Part shown: piece after piece, positions 39,646-52,094 of the stretch
How the letters are laid out: each line of letters opens with the position of its first letter
How positions within the stretch are numbered: position 1 is the first letter of the stretch
Assembly (NCBI GenBank): GCA_973895155.1
Contig: OZ316891.1
Coordinates: 27,565,561 to 27,629,560 of the forward strand
Reading direction: 5' to 3'
DNA from: Marsupella aquatica
Taxonomy: Eukaryota; Plantae; Marchantiophyta
Length of the DNA: 64,000 bases
Program-made: the position numbers and the translations under genes
Notes under the pieces: generated by a model
Told to the model about the DNA's origin: nothing
Seen by the model: only the letters and a program-made list of their open reading frames with translations
Database searches by the model: none

Positions 39646-41094
39646 ATGAAGAAGAATCATCACCATCACCTCCACAGAGTAGGGAGCAGCACTTCCATCT
39701 CAACAGGTTCCAAAACCATGGCCATGCCACAGCGCTATGTCACGGTCCTGCTAACCTTTGTCTGCACGGCCGTCTGCTACGTTGAGCGCATTGGCTTCTC
39801 CATAGCATACACAGCCGCAGCCAGCGCTGTGGGTGTGGGAGATAGCACCAAGGGCATGCTCCTCTCTGCCTTTTACTACGGCTATGCGAGCTCACAAGTG
39901 CCAGGGGGGTGGGCTGCGCAGCGATTCGGAGGAAGGAGGGTTCTGTTGTGGTCGTTCGTCTTGTGGTCTGTCACTTCAGCCCTGACGCCCACCAATGCGG
40001 CGGATGTCACTGGCTTGATTGTTGCTCGCCTCCTCGTGGGTGTAGCTCAGGGATTCATCTTCCCTTCCATTCACACGGTGCTGGCTCAGTGGGTACCACC
40101 CCATGAGCGCTCTCGATCCGTTTCCCTCACCACTTCTGGGATGTACTTTGGAGCCGCAGCGGGCATGCTCTACCTTCCCAATTTGGTCACCAAGAGCGGA
40201 CCTCGGTCCGTCTTCCTGGCTGAAGCTGTCATGGGTGCTCTTTGGGCGTTGCTGTGGTTACGGTACTCTCAAGACCCTCCTGGCTCAGGGGAGCCTTCCA
40301 AAGTGTCCCCATCTGTAGCGTTTGAGCGAGCAAAGCTGTTGCTTCCAATGCAGGCCGTTACCGTGGATGAGAACGGTGAGGGTCGACGAGATGTCATCAT
40401 CACCGAGAAAAAGAAAGATTTGGACATCATTTCAGACAGGGCAGGCAAGAACAGAGGAGGGATTCCATGGAAGAAGATCATGCTAAGCTGGGCTGTATGG
40501 GCAATTGTGGTCAACAATTTCACCTTTCACTACACTCTTTACGTGTTAATGAACTGGCTGCCCACTTACTTCGACCAAGGTTTGAGAGTGAGCCTGGCCA
40601 AATTGGGAATGGTGAAAGGGCTTCCTTACATTCTCATGTTTGTGTTCTCCAATGTGGGAGGGGTGGTGGCAGATTATCTGATCACCAGGAGAATATACTC
40701 GGTGACGATGACAAGAAAGCTTCTCAACTCATTGGGATTTTTTGTGGCGGCATTCGGATTGGTGCTGATGTCCAGCATGGAGTCTGCAGCAGGAGCTGTG
40801 CTCTGCTCATCGGTTGTCTTGGGAGCTTGCTCGTTTGCCAGAGCCGGTTTTGCAGTCAATCATATGGACATTGCACCAAGATATGCAGGGATTGTGATGG
40901 GAGTGTCGAACACAGCTGGGACAGTGGCAGGCGTCATTGGTGTGGCTGCCACAGGCTGGATCCTGGAGTTTTCTGATGGGGGTTCCTCAGATCTTAACAC
41001 CTGGTCCGTGGTGTTTGCCATTCCTGGGATATTGTCCATCCTAAGTGCCGTGATATTTTGCGTTTTCGCAACCGGGGACAGGATTTTTGATTAA
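39646..41094 (+). CDS. PHT4;6: MFS anion:cation symporter (SLC17-like), PHT4;6/ANTR5-type, intronless; start may be the downstream ATG 39718 or 39724
   Basis: PQRYV..CYVERIGFSIAYT, SQVPGGWAAQ, GVAQGFIFPSIHTVLAQWVPPHERSR, FAVNHMDIAPRYAGIVMGVSNTAGT; multiple TM segments. Confidence 0.93.
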   Translation: MKKNHHHHLHRVGSSTSISTGSKTMAMPQRYVTVLLTFVCTAVCYVERIGFSIAYTAAASAVGVGDSTKGMLLSAFYYGYASSQVPGGWAAQRFGGRRVLLWSFVLWSVTSALTPTNAADVTGLIVARLLVGVAQGFIFPSIHTVLAQWVPPHERSRSVSLTTSGMYFGAAAGMLYLPNLVTKSGPRSVFLAEAVMGALWALLWLRYSQDPPGSGEPSKVSPSVAFERAKLLLPMQAVTVDENGEGRRDVIITEKKKDLDIISDRAGKNRGGIPWKKIMLSWAVWAIVVNNFTFHYTLYVLMNWLPTYFDQGLRVSLAKLGMVKGLPYILMFVFSNVGGVVADYLITRRIYSVTMTRKLLNSLGFFVAAFGLVLMSSMESAAGAVLCSSVVLGACSFARAGFAVNHMDIAPRYAGIVMGVSNTAGTVAGVIGVAATGWILEFSDGGSSDLNTWSVVFAIPGILSILSAVIFCVFATGDRIFD

Positions 41095-42349
41095 TTAGAT
41101 TAGAAGAATTACAGTAGAAACGGTAGGTGGGAGAAGATTCAATACAACGCTAAGAAGGAAGAGCATCTTCGTCATCCAAATTGATTTTGATTTGATTTGA
41201 CTCCCCACAATCAGGGGATTCCTATGTTTATAATGGAATGAACATGCATTTTGGGAGCTGGTGACGTTTTTGCGAGGAAGGCCTTGCTCACTCTCCCCAA
41301 ACCAGGATCAACTTTCTTGCTCGTGCCAGTTCCTCTGTTTTTGGCTGACCCTGTTGCACGAAATGTTCACTCTGCCCTGACATTCAATCTCACCCTTGGA
41401 CATTGTCTACAGTGGAATCATTGGATATGCTATGCTGGATGTGAAGGGGTCGATTTGAAGTTTGGGAAGATTTGATACCGGATAGTCATTCAGAAAGTTA
41501 TTTAATGAGCATGGTTGAATTCGTTGATGCGTCAGAAAGGGTCAGATAATGTTTTGAAAAAGCCATCAATGTATATTTCACGGGACTGTTGGTCCTAAAC
41601 TTGTACTATTACTCTCCTTACCTGGATTTTGAAAACTTTTGTAAGCTCTATCATAATCAAGGAGAATGTAATGTCCTGTAGCAGGAACATTAAAAGTGGC
41701 ACAAAAAGCACATCCATTTTTTGACAGCGAGACGTATCTACAACCCTGACTGGAGTCCCTGAGGAGTTCACTCGCCCTACTGTTGCTGGGATGCCAACAT
41801 TCATCATTGTAGTCTGGCAAACAACATATTTTGGATAGAGTTGTGTTCTACTAAACCGGTATCCGACACTCGTGCTGCACCCTGGATTTCTGTATAGTCC
41901 TTTATATGTATCTGGAACCATGTATTTCAGCGCCTTCATCAGATCACTTTATTCAAAGACCTTTGACTAGGTCTTCATCACGGAAGGGTCATCAGGAAAT
42001 GAGTTTGTGTATGCCTTTTCAGGATCTGGAAATCATCGTTAACCGCAGGAAATTTATGTGAGCCCATTAAAATACCTCCAATACAGTTTATTTATGAGGA
42101 AATGGGGACAATCTTGGTCCACCAGTTGTGTAAGACTGTTCGGATGTTGGAAATGTCAGTAAGGGAGATGGCGGACCCGCGAGACATCTGACGAAATTGA
42201 ATAATCTCAGCCCAAAGATTGTCTCGTTGAGAAGCTTACTCACTTCTGTAATTTACACAAACGTCGTTTAGAAAATCCCCATCGTTCAGTGAAGAGACAA
42301 TTTCTGGATGACTGAAGAAATGTAGATGACTCTTTGGCAGCATTAATAC

Positions 42350-42683
42350 GAGCATCTCCACCGGTATACTAAATATTTGCTAAGAGACTTCGAGGCCAGG
42401 GAAATCCCCGGCCTTCCATGATAACCACCTGTACCCCCCTATCTACACCTCCATGCTACAATTCTTGCACCCATGCTCGGTCATTTTTTGCTTGCAGCCC
42501 ATCGGGAGTGTTGTACGGCCATTTAGCCGTAGATCCATATGGGGAGGGCCGACTGCGAAAAGTGGAGGTCGGCACTCGGGAGGTGGTATTTAGGTACTTG
42601 ACCTCCAACTTTTAGCGATATGGGCGTCCACTGGGGTGCTTGTGGTGGTTATTGACCTTTTTGTGATACCGCTGTAGATTCTC
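42350..42683. mobile_element. Tourist/PIF-Harbinger-like MITE (~334 bp)
   Basis: Left end gagcatctccaccggtat matches the reverse complement of the right end gagaatctacagcggtat at 15/18; no clean TSD. Confidence 0.55.
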
Positions 42684-42795
42684 TGACAGAAGTTCATTTT
42701 AAAAATTATGTTGAAGCCTGAGAGGTTTGATTGCTGTCAGATGACTTCACTTATTGAGCGTCATGTGAAGACATGATTTGGTGTGTGAACAAATA

Positions 42796-43430
42796 AGCCA
42801 TCCCAACCTGCAACTTAATGCGCAACGAACATAGTACACAGTAATGAGAAGCTGTCAAAAAGCAGCCATCTCAATCTGGAACTTAATCTGCCACCAACAT
42901 AGTGCACAGTAACTAGAAGCTTCCCCATAAAAAAGCCATCTCAATCTGAAACTTAATCGGCAACGAACACAGTACACATTAACAAGAAACTTTCAAAAAG
43001 AATCCATCTCATTCTGCAACTTAATCTGCATTGAACACAGGGCACAATGACAAAAAGCTTTCGAGAAGAAGCCATCTCAATCTGCAACCTCATTTGCCAC
43101 GAACATAGTACAGAGTGACAAGAAGCTTTAAAAAAGAAGCCATCTCATTCTGCAACTTAATCTGCAACGAACAAAGGACACAGTAACAAGACGCTTTCAA
43201 AGTGAAGCGATCTCAATCTGCAACCTAGTCTGCTACGAACATATTACGCACTAATAAGAAGCTTTTAAAAAGAAGCCATCTCAATCTGCAACGAACAAAG
43301 GACACAGTAACAAGACGTTTTCAAAGTGAAGCCATCTCAATCTGCAACTTAATCTGCTACTAACACAGTACACATTAATAAGAAGCTTCCAAAAAGAAGC
43401 CATCTCAATAACAAGATGTTTTCAAAGCGA
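42796..43430. repeat. ~68-bp tandem satellite, about 9.5 units
   Basis: agccatctcaatctgcaacttaatctgcaacgaaca..acagtaacaagaagctttcaaaaaga repeated, one unit shortened. Confidence 0.95.
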
Positions 43431-45727
43431 AGTTATGGAAACTGGTATAGTTTCAAAGTAAAGTTGTGTAAACTGGTACTGTGGAAGGACCTAGAGTGCA
43501 GGGAAGTCCTTAGTGAAGTCCTTTTGTGTTCTGGTGGACATAGTCTCATCCGAAGTGAACCATGTGTTTGTTGATTATTTGTTCCTTGCAGTGTCACACG
43601 TGCATGCATGCATTGTGTTGTTGCTCAACAAGCCTGTTCTGACAAAGGGGCCACCTACAAGTAAGTGCACTGTCGCTCTAGTGGTAACATCCTGTGAGTG
43701 TCACGTCCCATTTGCCACAAGGGGGTAGGGGTGAATGGAAAAAGAGTCAAAGGCACACAAAATTGGGGCATATACATTCTAAGTTATGTCCAAAAAGTCG
43801 TTATCTACTGTACCAAAATCTTGGCTAATGTGGCCAGAGGCTTTGCTTGAAGGGAGAGGACACTTTCTTGGATTAGTTGGAAAGAAGTATATTGAATTTC
43901 ATATTTAGTCACATGGGTCATTTTCTGATCTTTAGCCTTGCCTTGAAGTTTGGTTTTTAGGTAGACCTCTTTCATCTTGCATAGCCTGATAGGAACGAAG
44001 TGTAAGAAATTTAATTGCAATAAAGAATTATGCCTTCTGAAACAATGAGTGAAGAATATTCCACCTTTGACTCAAACTCTGTATTGAATTTTTGTATTAG
44101 ACTTTAAGCATTTTAAGTTCCTGTGGATTAGGAATTTACTCAAATGAAAGGCCAAGAGCAAGTCGAGGTTCTTTGACTACTTTGTCTTGAACTTTATTAT
44201 GTTAGGACTCTCAAAGCATTGTAAGGGCACTTTACAAGACCACAGGAAGCAATTTGAGGCAACATCTCTGGACCTGACTTTCATTATCAAATTCCGATTC
44301 CAAAATGTATAAACCAGACCAAAAACCAATTTGATTTTGGGTTGGACCCATGTGAACCAGACATCCCTACATGGCTGAGAAGACAAAGCTTTGGACCTCC
44401 TGTTGAGGTGAGTTCCCACCTTTTATGCTTACAACTGGGTTTCACCTTATGGTGGGATTGGGATTCCCGGCTTGACAGTGCCTTGGTCCAGGGTTTTGTA
44501 AAAGAAATGCTGCCACTTGTTGCTTTGGACGGCTCCAATTTTAACAATTTTCCTAAGCTGCTACTGCCCATGTCTTGTGCCCCTAAGTCACTTAAACCAC
44601 CACTAGCCATATAAAAGGGGGAAGTCTCCAACACTACTCCCTTTTCCACATTCCTCTCCTCTCCTGTGCCCCTTTGCTCCACAACTTCAGGAAATAGGCA
44701 CTATGAATGGTGAAACCTGATGGATCCAGGTTTGGTCATGGCTTTTGGCGGTTTGAGTGAAAATCCCTAGGCCTTTGGATATTCATTCAAACTAGCACCC
44801 TCCAAGACCTCCATCCTTGAACAGAACTCCATCGTACCATTTGTGGGGCCCGCCTTATTTGGAAATTAATATTTAATTATGTTAAAGGGAAGGATATATG
44901 TTTGTTTGAAGAGGACAATTGGAAAAGGTCTCCAAAGAGGACCAAACAAATAAAGACCATAAATAAAGGATTATATGGAAATAAAGATACTAACTGGAAA
45001 ACAAACTAAATTTACAAGGGGTACATCCAAAGGATTTTTCTAGGCAAAAACAAATTATGCAAAACAAACCTTTTAAGTTGGACGCCCACCCTTTCTTTTC
45101 AAAAGCAGAAACTGTCTTTTGTGGTTTTGCAAAGCTGTAAGGCATAACACATTACACCTGCACATTTTGTCTCTCTGGGGACTCTTGGGGATCCCTGGCT
45201 TGTTGGGCCCCTTTGGTCTTATCAGGATCTTTCCCTTTTCCTTCCCTTGATTGGGTTTTTCTGCCTGTGGGATCTTCCCTTTTGGTGTCTTGTCTCTGGT
45301 GTTTTTGTCCTTTTGGCACTGTGATATGTGCACACATGGTAATGCACAGATACAGGCATTTATTGTTTACTGCAATGCATACATGAGAGACATTTGTTGA
45401 TAAATGCAACAGACAATTACAAAAAGTAGTTCCATGCACTTGTTGGGCAGTGCAACCATGCCTATACAGAGACTCTATTATTTTATATATTCTTAGTCAC
45501 TCATTCCACCAAAGTGTTCCAATCTAAAGCACACTCTGCATGCAGTGGATAAGTGTAGGCTTGGAGTGTCTTCCCGAGAGCCATGGATAAGTGCAGGCTT
45601 GCAGCGTCTTCCCTGGACCCTGCACTTAGACCAGTCTTCTCGGGATCCTCCACTTAGACACTGTGGAGTATATTAGGGCATCTCAAAGGCTGGATTAGAT
45701 AAGGTCTTCCCATAACTCCAGTATAAT

Positions 45728-46078
45728 GGGAACTCCCGTAAAAATTATGAGAGCCAATCTTCAGCTCCCATAAAGAAAGCCCATGGGCTCAACAATTAAC
45801 CCGTTACTTTCTCACAAACCTGGAAATCCAGGACTTTGGGACTCCAGAGAAACCACAACTGAAGGCACAATCATGGGATTTGCGCTTGACGTGGTGGTGG
45901 CTGTTGCATTTGAGATAATGGCTGATCAAGAATGGAGGAAAAGCAAATATAGGCTATGAGACAGGTGAGACCCTAACTCTTGCCTCATGAGGCGGGTCAA
46001 TGCTACCTCCCCTCATTTTTAAACTTGGGGTGATATATCACAAATTAGTGAACTTTCACTAATGACCTTTTCGAGACC
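45728..46078. repeat. Dispersed repeat copy 2, lying between ~50-bp direct repeats
   Basis: Homologous to 23679-24105; agtcactcattccaccaaagt.ttccaatct at ~45495 and ~46105. Confidence 0.8.
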
Positions 46079-46804
46079 CCCTATTATTTTATATATACTT
46101 TCTCAGTCACTCATTCCACCAAAGTTTTCCAATCTCGTGAACTGGGGTCTCCTCAACAAGCACAACAGAAAGATGCATTCGTGAATATCGTTTTATTTCA
46201 AAACACCAAACGCTTATCTCCTCTCGTAGCTACTGTAGGTGACATTCATCATCGCATGCATCACACCCAGCTCACGGAATCTTGCTGAGGGTGCGCATTT
46301 CAATGAATCAGCTCCGGATTGAAGACTCACGGACTCCTCGATCTGAATTTCTGAACAATGGCATCATTATTATTAGATTGTGTGGAAACTTTTTACATTG
46401 TGTGGAAAGTGTGGAGTGTACAGTAGTGGGCGCTGCAAAGGTGAGGAAGGCAGGAAGTTCGTTGCTGTGACTGTTGGGTCACTCAACTGAAGTGGACCGC
46501 TGTCCAATCTGTTCGTTTCCAAGCCGAACGAATGGGCTTCTCACTCGGAACAATCGTCGATTCCGTACCCCTCCCAGTTCACGTGATTGTGCTGAGGTTT
46601 GACTGACTCCTCTAGAACGTCGGCTCATTGGTTTGTCTGGGTCTGTAAAGGATTGGAAGGGAGATTGGTAGGGAGAAAGGAAGGAAGTTGGTCTCTGGAT
46701 GCGTCTTGACTGAAGAAGACGAAGACGAGTACGATGAGAAAGTGGAGCTTCGTACTGGATCCCCAAGGTGGCAACACACAATAACGAGCAAGCGAGGGAG
46801 AAAC

Positions 46805-46810
<6 letters not shown>

Positions 46811-46857
<47 letters not shown>
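46811..46857. repeat. (AG)n microsatellite upstream of the reticulon gene
   Basis: About 23 AG units. Confidence 0.95.
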
Positions 46858-47346
46858 AGGAAGACGAAACATCGCTTCTGCTCCATAATATAATATCGTC
46901 AGATCTGGGCGGTGTGGAGGAGAGAATCGAGAGAAGGAAAGTGATTGAACTGTGGGATTATCTGGTCGGGATGGTGAAAGAGGAGACAGGGAGCGATGAG
47001 ACTTTCCGAATTGACACAGTGCAGTAATGGAGCGTATGAAGTGCACGGTTGGTTGGTTGACGAGTTGATGCCCTCGTTAGAGTCGGACCCCGTTAAGGAA
47101 AAGTACCTTTTGTTAGGGGATTGGTTTATGAGAGCTGTGGAGAATGAGAGGGATGATTGAACGGCAGTGAATTACACTTGAAGAGGTGTCTGGTAAGGCT
47201 TGGGATGTCAGCAGGAATGGGCAGTAGATGAATGGATAGGGCTGACAGAATTGAAGCTGCAGCAGGATCGGATCTGGGACAGACATACAGCGGAAAGTCT
47301 TCACAGGCTTGGACCAGGAGCTGATTGATTTGGTAACGAGGGCTCA

Positions 47347-50300
47347 ATGACAGAAAACAGCGGCCCGGCCCCGTGTGAAGTGGTGATGTGGAAGAGACCA
47401 GTGCTTGCGCTGCTGTTGCTGGGGTGCGGGACCCTGGTGTGGTACTACTGCGGTCCGCTGCAGCGTAATGCCCTCTCTCTCGTCTCCGATGTGCTCTTGA
47501 CGTTTGTCTGCTCACTCGGCCTTCTTGGCGTCATTTGTCGGCATCTCCGCCTCAGGTATGCCCCTGCCATGCGCTGCCTTCCTCCTACCCTGCTTTCCCT
47601 GCCCAGACCTGCCCTGCCAACCCATCGTCATCCCCACCTCTTCTTTACGAACTATTTCATAGTTTCCTCTCGTGCCAGCCCAATTCAACCTGTCACCGAA
47701 CTGGTCAAAGTGTACAACTTCAGGAGACTAGAGATGGATCTGGGAAAGACGGCAAGACCTGGAGTACGTGATTTGAAGTGAGCTCTTGGAGCTGATTTCT
47801 ATGTCAGACATTCTCGAGGGGTTGAGTAGATTAGAGTAAAGAAACGATCCTGCAGTCTTTTGTATACTACAGCAGTAGGTGATTCTTGGTCAGCTTTTCG
47901 CACTCATCTGCCATCTGATATGAAGCACTGGAGCAACCAAGTGTTGCTACACCCTTGGACAATGTGGAGACGACGCAGAACTGGAACCAACCAGTTCTAC
48001 AATGAATTTGTACCCGCTACGCTTTACGAAAATGACAAGATTTGGTCACTACATGTAATATCTCAATAATGTTTTCTGCCGTGCCAATGATCGTCGATTC
48101 GTTATGTATCCCTGTCACCAAGCTGTTGGATTTCAAAACCCTAGTTTAGGCTCTATCACGACACCTCATTTAGGCTAGGTCAATATGAAATTCTTAGCTG
48201 GACAACCACTCATGCGGACCTTAGAAGAATGTCCTGACTATTTCTATCAGGTCACCTATCCAAAGATCTTGAACCATGTTCCACCATTTGTCCCAATATG
48301 AACGCTCTCGAAATAGCGTCGAAGTTTCATCACCTCCTTTGAGCACCTTCATGACACTTCACTTAGTTTGGTAGCGATCCTTTATATAGGACTATGGAAG
48401 CATGTAATTCAGTGCCTTTATGAGATCACTCTATTGGAAGATCTTCTCTCAGCTTCACTCAGATCCTTGTTTTTCAACCAAGTGGATATATGGGAACTCT
48501 TGGGTCAATGTGGGGGTAGGATCCCCTTAGTGCTCAATTTCGCCAGTCAGTTGCCCGCTAGCTTCTTCTCTTCTGTTTGGGCTTCGGAAATAATGGGTTC
48601 TCCTCTACGAGGTTTGGAATAGTTTGGAGTGAACACCTCTAGTTAAAATAAAATCTTCTCTAGGGTAAACCTAGCCAAGGATGCCTTTTCAAAGGTGGGT
48701 AGCAGCACTGTGTTAAAACTCCATGGGTTCTGGCAGCGAGCAAGGAGCTGTCGAAGCGAAAGTTTATGTAGAAAGTCGTTGTCCAGCGAGCTCATTCCAA
48801 GTAGCGGGCTGTTTCAGCCTATTCCATCCTGTTCACTATTGGCTACGGTTGTAAATGGAAGTAGGAGCGCAAATGTAATTCACAGTGGGCACTGACGTAA
48901 CAAGGACAAAAAGAGGTCGTAAGGAAGTCAGCCATTCGTTAAGTGTATATGTTTTTCACTGTTCCTTCACTATAGCCAATCCAATTCGACATTCAGTTTG
49001 GGGTAGTGTGGCGAATGGCCCCGTGTCCCCCTCTCGAACCTTTCCTCCAAGCCTAGAGTCCAAAGGTTCCCCACTTGTGGACGAGGAAGCGAATAGCCCT
49101 AAATTAGAATTTAACAAACTTTGCCCGTTCTTCTTTGATTGAATTCCTATCACAAGTTCATACCGAACTTGTTCTGGACAATCCGAATCCTTTTGTCGGT
49201 GTGCTTGTTTTATTTGTTATCTGATAGTTTTTTGAACGGACTGAGTTGAATGGATCTCGGCATCCTGATCTCAATTTGTCACTAAGGGTACCGTAGCGGG
49301 TGCAAGATAATGTTTCTGACCCGAGCCGCTCATAATCTTTTAATATAAACGGGTTGAAACAAAATGGGATGCTTTTGTTCTAGTCTGGATTCCTGCTTTG
49401 ACTATATCATTTTAAATTTCCATGAAAGTATATTTCAAACTGGCTTAAAAAAAACTTTGAAGGGATTTTTCTTCCATTTTGTGTTCTCGTCTTGCGTTTA
49501 GTCGAGACAATACCTCTCTGCATAAACTAGATAAGTTTCTCGCAATGTACGAGACTGGCTAATGTCATCTACGAATGGTTTGCAGCATCCCAGTCGATCC
49601 GTTGGAGTGGCAAATTTCACCAGAAGTAGCAAATGACATTGCAGCATGTCTCGCAAACACGATTGGAGCTGCTGAAGGAGTGTTGCGAGTAGCTGCCAGT
49701 GGAAGGGACAGCAAGCTATTTAGCAAGGTCTGAGATTGGTTTTGGCCTTACTCCTCTCACTATTCCTTTTAGATATAACCGTTTAAGATCTGCAGGCATT
49801 ACTGTTTTCCTTGTATTATGATTGCATTGGAGTTTGGGGTTCCTTACAAATGATTGATTATCAGCCATGTCTTATTATCTGTATAGAAATCTTTCTCTCT
49901 CACCAAACTAATGGCCACAACAGTCGTTAAAGTAGTCTACCTTGTTATTTAGAACAGTTCTTCTCCCAAGAAACCCGTCTGGACTTCCTTCAAAGGTATA
50001 TGCGACTGGTCTTGCATCATACATAATTACCTATGTTGAAGGCCATTAGTCTGGTGAGAGAGGAATACTCATTTTGTGGAGTAGCAATGTCATGGATTAT
50101 CTTACCGATGACATTGCTACGCCACCAAATTTAAGGCTGTGTCTTGACCTTGGTCTGTTTTGTGCATGGAAGACGGCAAGTCCAACTTTATGTTTTTCCC
50201 TGCACTTCTATTAGAAGAGGGTTACAGAGTCCACGGCTTCATCCACTGGCCTACATAGTAGCTGGGGGCACAAGTTCTTGTCGCACAGTGCTGAGGATTG

Positions 50301-50948
50301 ATTGTTGGATTTTCAGGTGGTAGCAGTGTTGTATATTGTATCTGCAGTTGGAAGGGCAGCATCAGGTGCAACTGTTGCCTATATGGGTAAGGAACCTTGT
50401 CTTAGTTCTGCACTTCCAAGACGTTTCTCCTCTGATTGTTTATCTCCTTAAGTAATAGGTAGTATGCTTGATACGAACACTATCTGAATTTCACTAGGCA
50501 AATGGTCTGAGTCCTTGTCATATCCCGTCACTGAAATATGTTCTGATGGATCCTACCATTCTCCGTCAAGAATCCTCTGGATGCCTATAAGTTCTTTCCT
50601 GAAAATTTGTTTAGATTGCAGATGTGCCAACAGAGTTGATGTCTTGGATTCCTCCATGTGAAACGTTTTCCTTCGAAAAATAATGTTCTTGGCTCGTCTT
50701 GCTTTTTGTTTCACTCAGGGCCTGTCAGCCTGATCATGGTCTTTGTGGGTGGTTCCTTGGCAGTCCTGTGGTTCATGTTCATCGTTCCACTCGGTATGGC
50801 AAAGCTTGCACCTGAAGGTTCATGCAACACCCCAACTTTTCTGCAGAAAAGATCCAATGTTGTAGGAAGCTATACCCCAGGGAACTCGCCAAAGTCGACC
50901 TTCAGTAGTCCTCAGCGGATGAACTTTTTCTCTTTGACTCAGCAGTAG
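47347..50948 (+). CDS. Reticulon-like protein, RTNLB22/23-type; exons 47347-47555, 49586-49727, 50317-50386 and probably 50719-50948
   Basis: EVVMWKRP..GTLVWYYCG, IPVDPLEWQISPEVANDIAACLANTIGAAEGVLRVAASGRD.KLF.K, VV.VLYIVSAVGRAASGATVAY; GT-AG and phase-consistent; last exon less certain. Confidence 0.85.
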
Positions 50949-52094
50949 AAGGCATGATTTAGCAGCAGGACTCATATTCTTAGAGCTTAGGGCATTGTCC
51001 TCACGAGGGACGCTCTATTAACAAAATATTGCAGGGCATGGATGTAAGAGCGGGCGCTCAGTTTTGTATTATAGCCTCCAGCACCTGTCATAGTAGCGAA
51101 CCTGCTACTCTCAAGATTAGGTAGACTCGTGCTTGAATTTTGTAGATGTGAAACTGCATTCATCTGTAATGAAGGCGTTTTTCCAGCCAGTCTGGCTCTT
51201 GGAGAGGTAGGACTAAAAAGTCTTGATTGGAAGTGTTACAAAATAACTCCATCGCGGTATTTAGAGCGCAAGTTTTCTCTGTTTTGTAAAAACTCCACAG
51301 GCGCAAGTATTTTTTCAAATGGAAAATCGGTTCGGGATGGACGTGATAACAATGGATCAAATACTCTTTGACCTTTACTTTCTCTTTGAATAACTTTCGT
51401 GATTGTATCAAGATGTTCATCATGATACGCCCTTGATTATGCAAGAAACAACGATTTCGTTCGATATGAATTTTCAGTGTGTTGAAATTGATCATCTACA
51501 CATTGATGAAAATTCTATTACCTGTTGCAAAGTGCCTGACATCGTAAACTAGGGGAAATTAATAACATAAGACATGTCCTAAGACATGTCTACTGTCATG
51601 TTTGGAAAATCTTAGGACATGGGAGGCCTGTACATATGCCTGTTTGCAAGTGAAACGTGGGTTTTGTACTGGAGTGGTTCTACCGATGTCCTTTGGAATC
51701 CTCTGTGATATATTTTGGGGTGTTGGACTAGAAGCACATCATGACAACAGTAGAAGACAAGTACTTCAGTCTTGGGCTGAAACTCTCACTCCTACAGGAA
51801 TACAATATTGAGCAACAATTATGAGACTGCTGCGTACCCCACAGCAACTTATGGGGCCAAAATGTGGGGCACCATGTGCGCATGTAGAAGATTGTCAGAG
51901 TTTTTGTCAGAGTCCCTGCAAACCCAACTTGTCATATAATATTATGCTTCCAGAAATTCAGAAAATGTGGATGGAAAGTAAAGCCCTTGGGATGAATCAT
52001 CTTTGTCCCATGCTTCCCAGTCTAAGACATTGAGTTGAATGAACTAGTCTCCAGAATCTAGTAAGATTGAGGCATTTCAAGAAGAAACCACAAG

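Noticed and set aside
42796-43430. CRISPR-like appearance of the regular array
   Set aside because: Whole units repeat with no unique spacers; no cas genes; eukaryotic context
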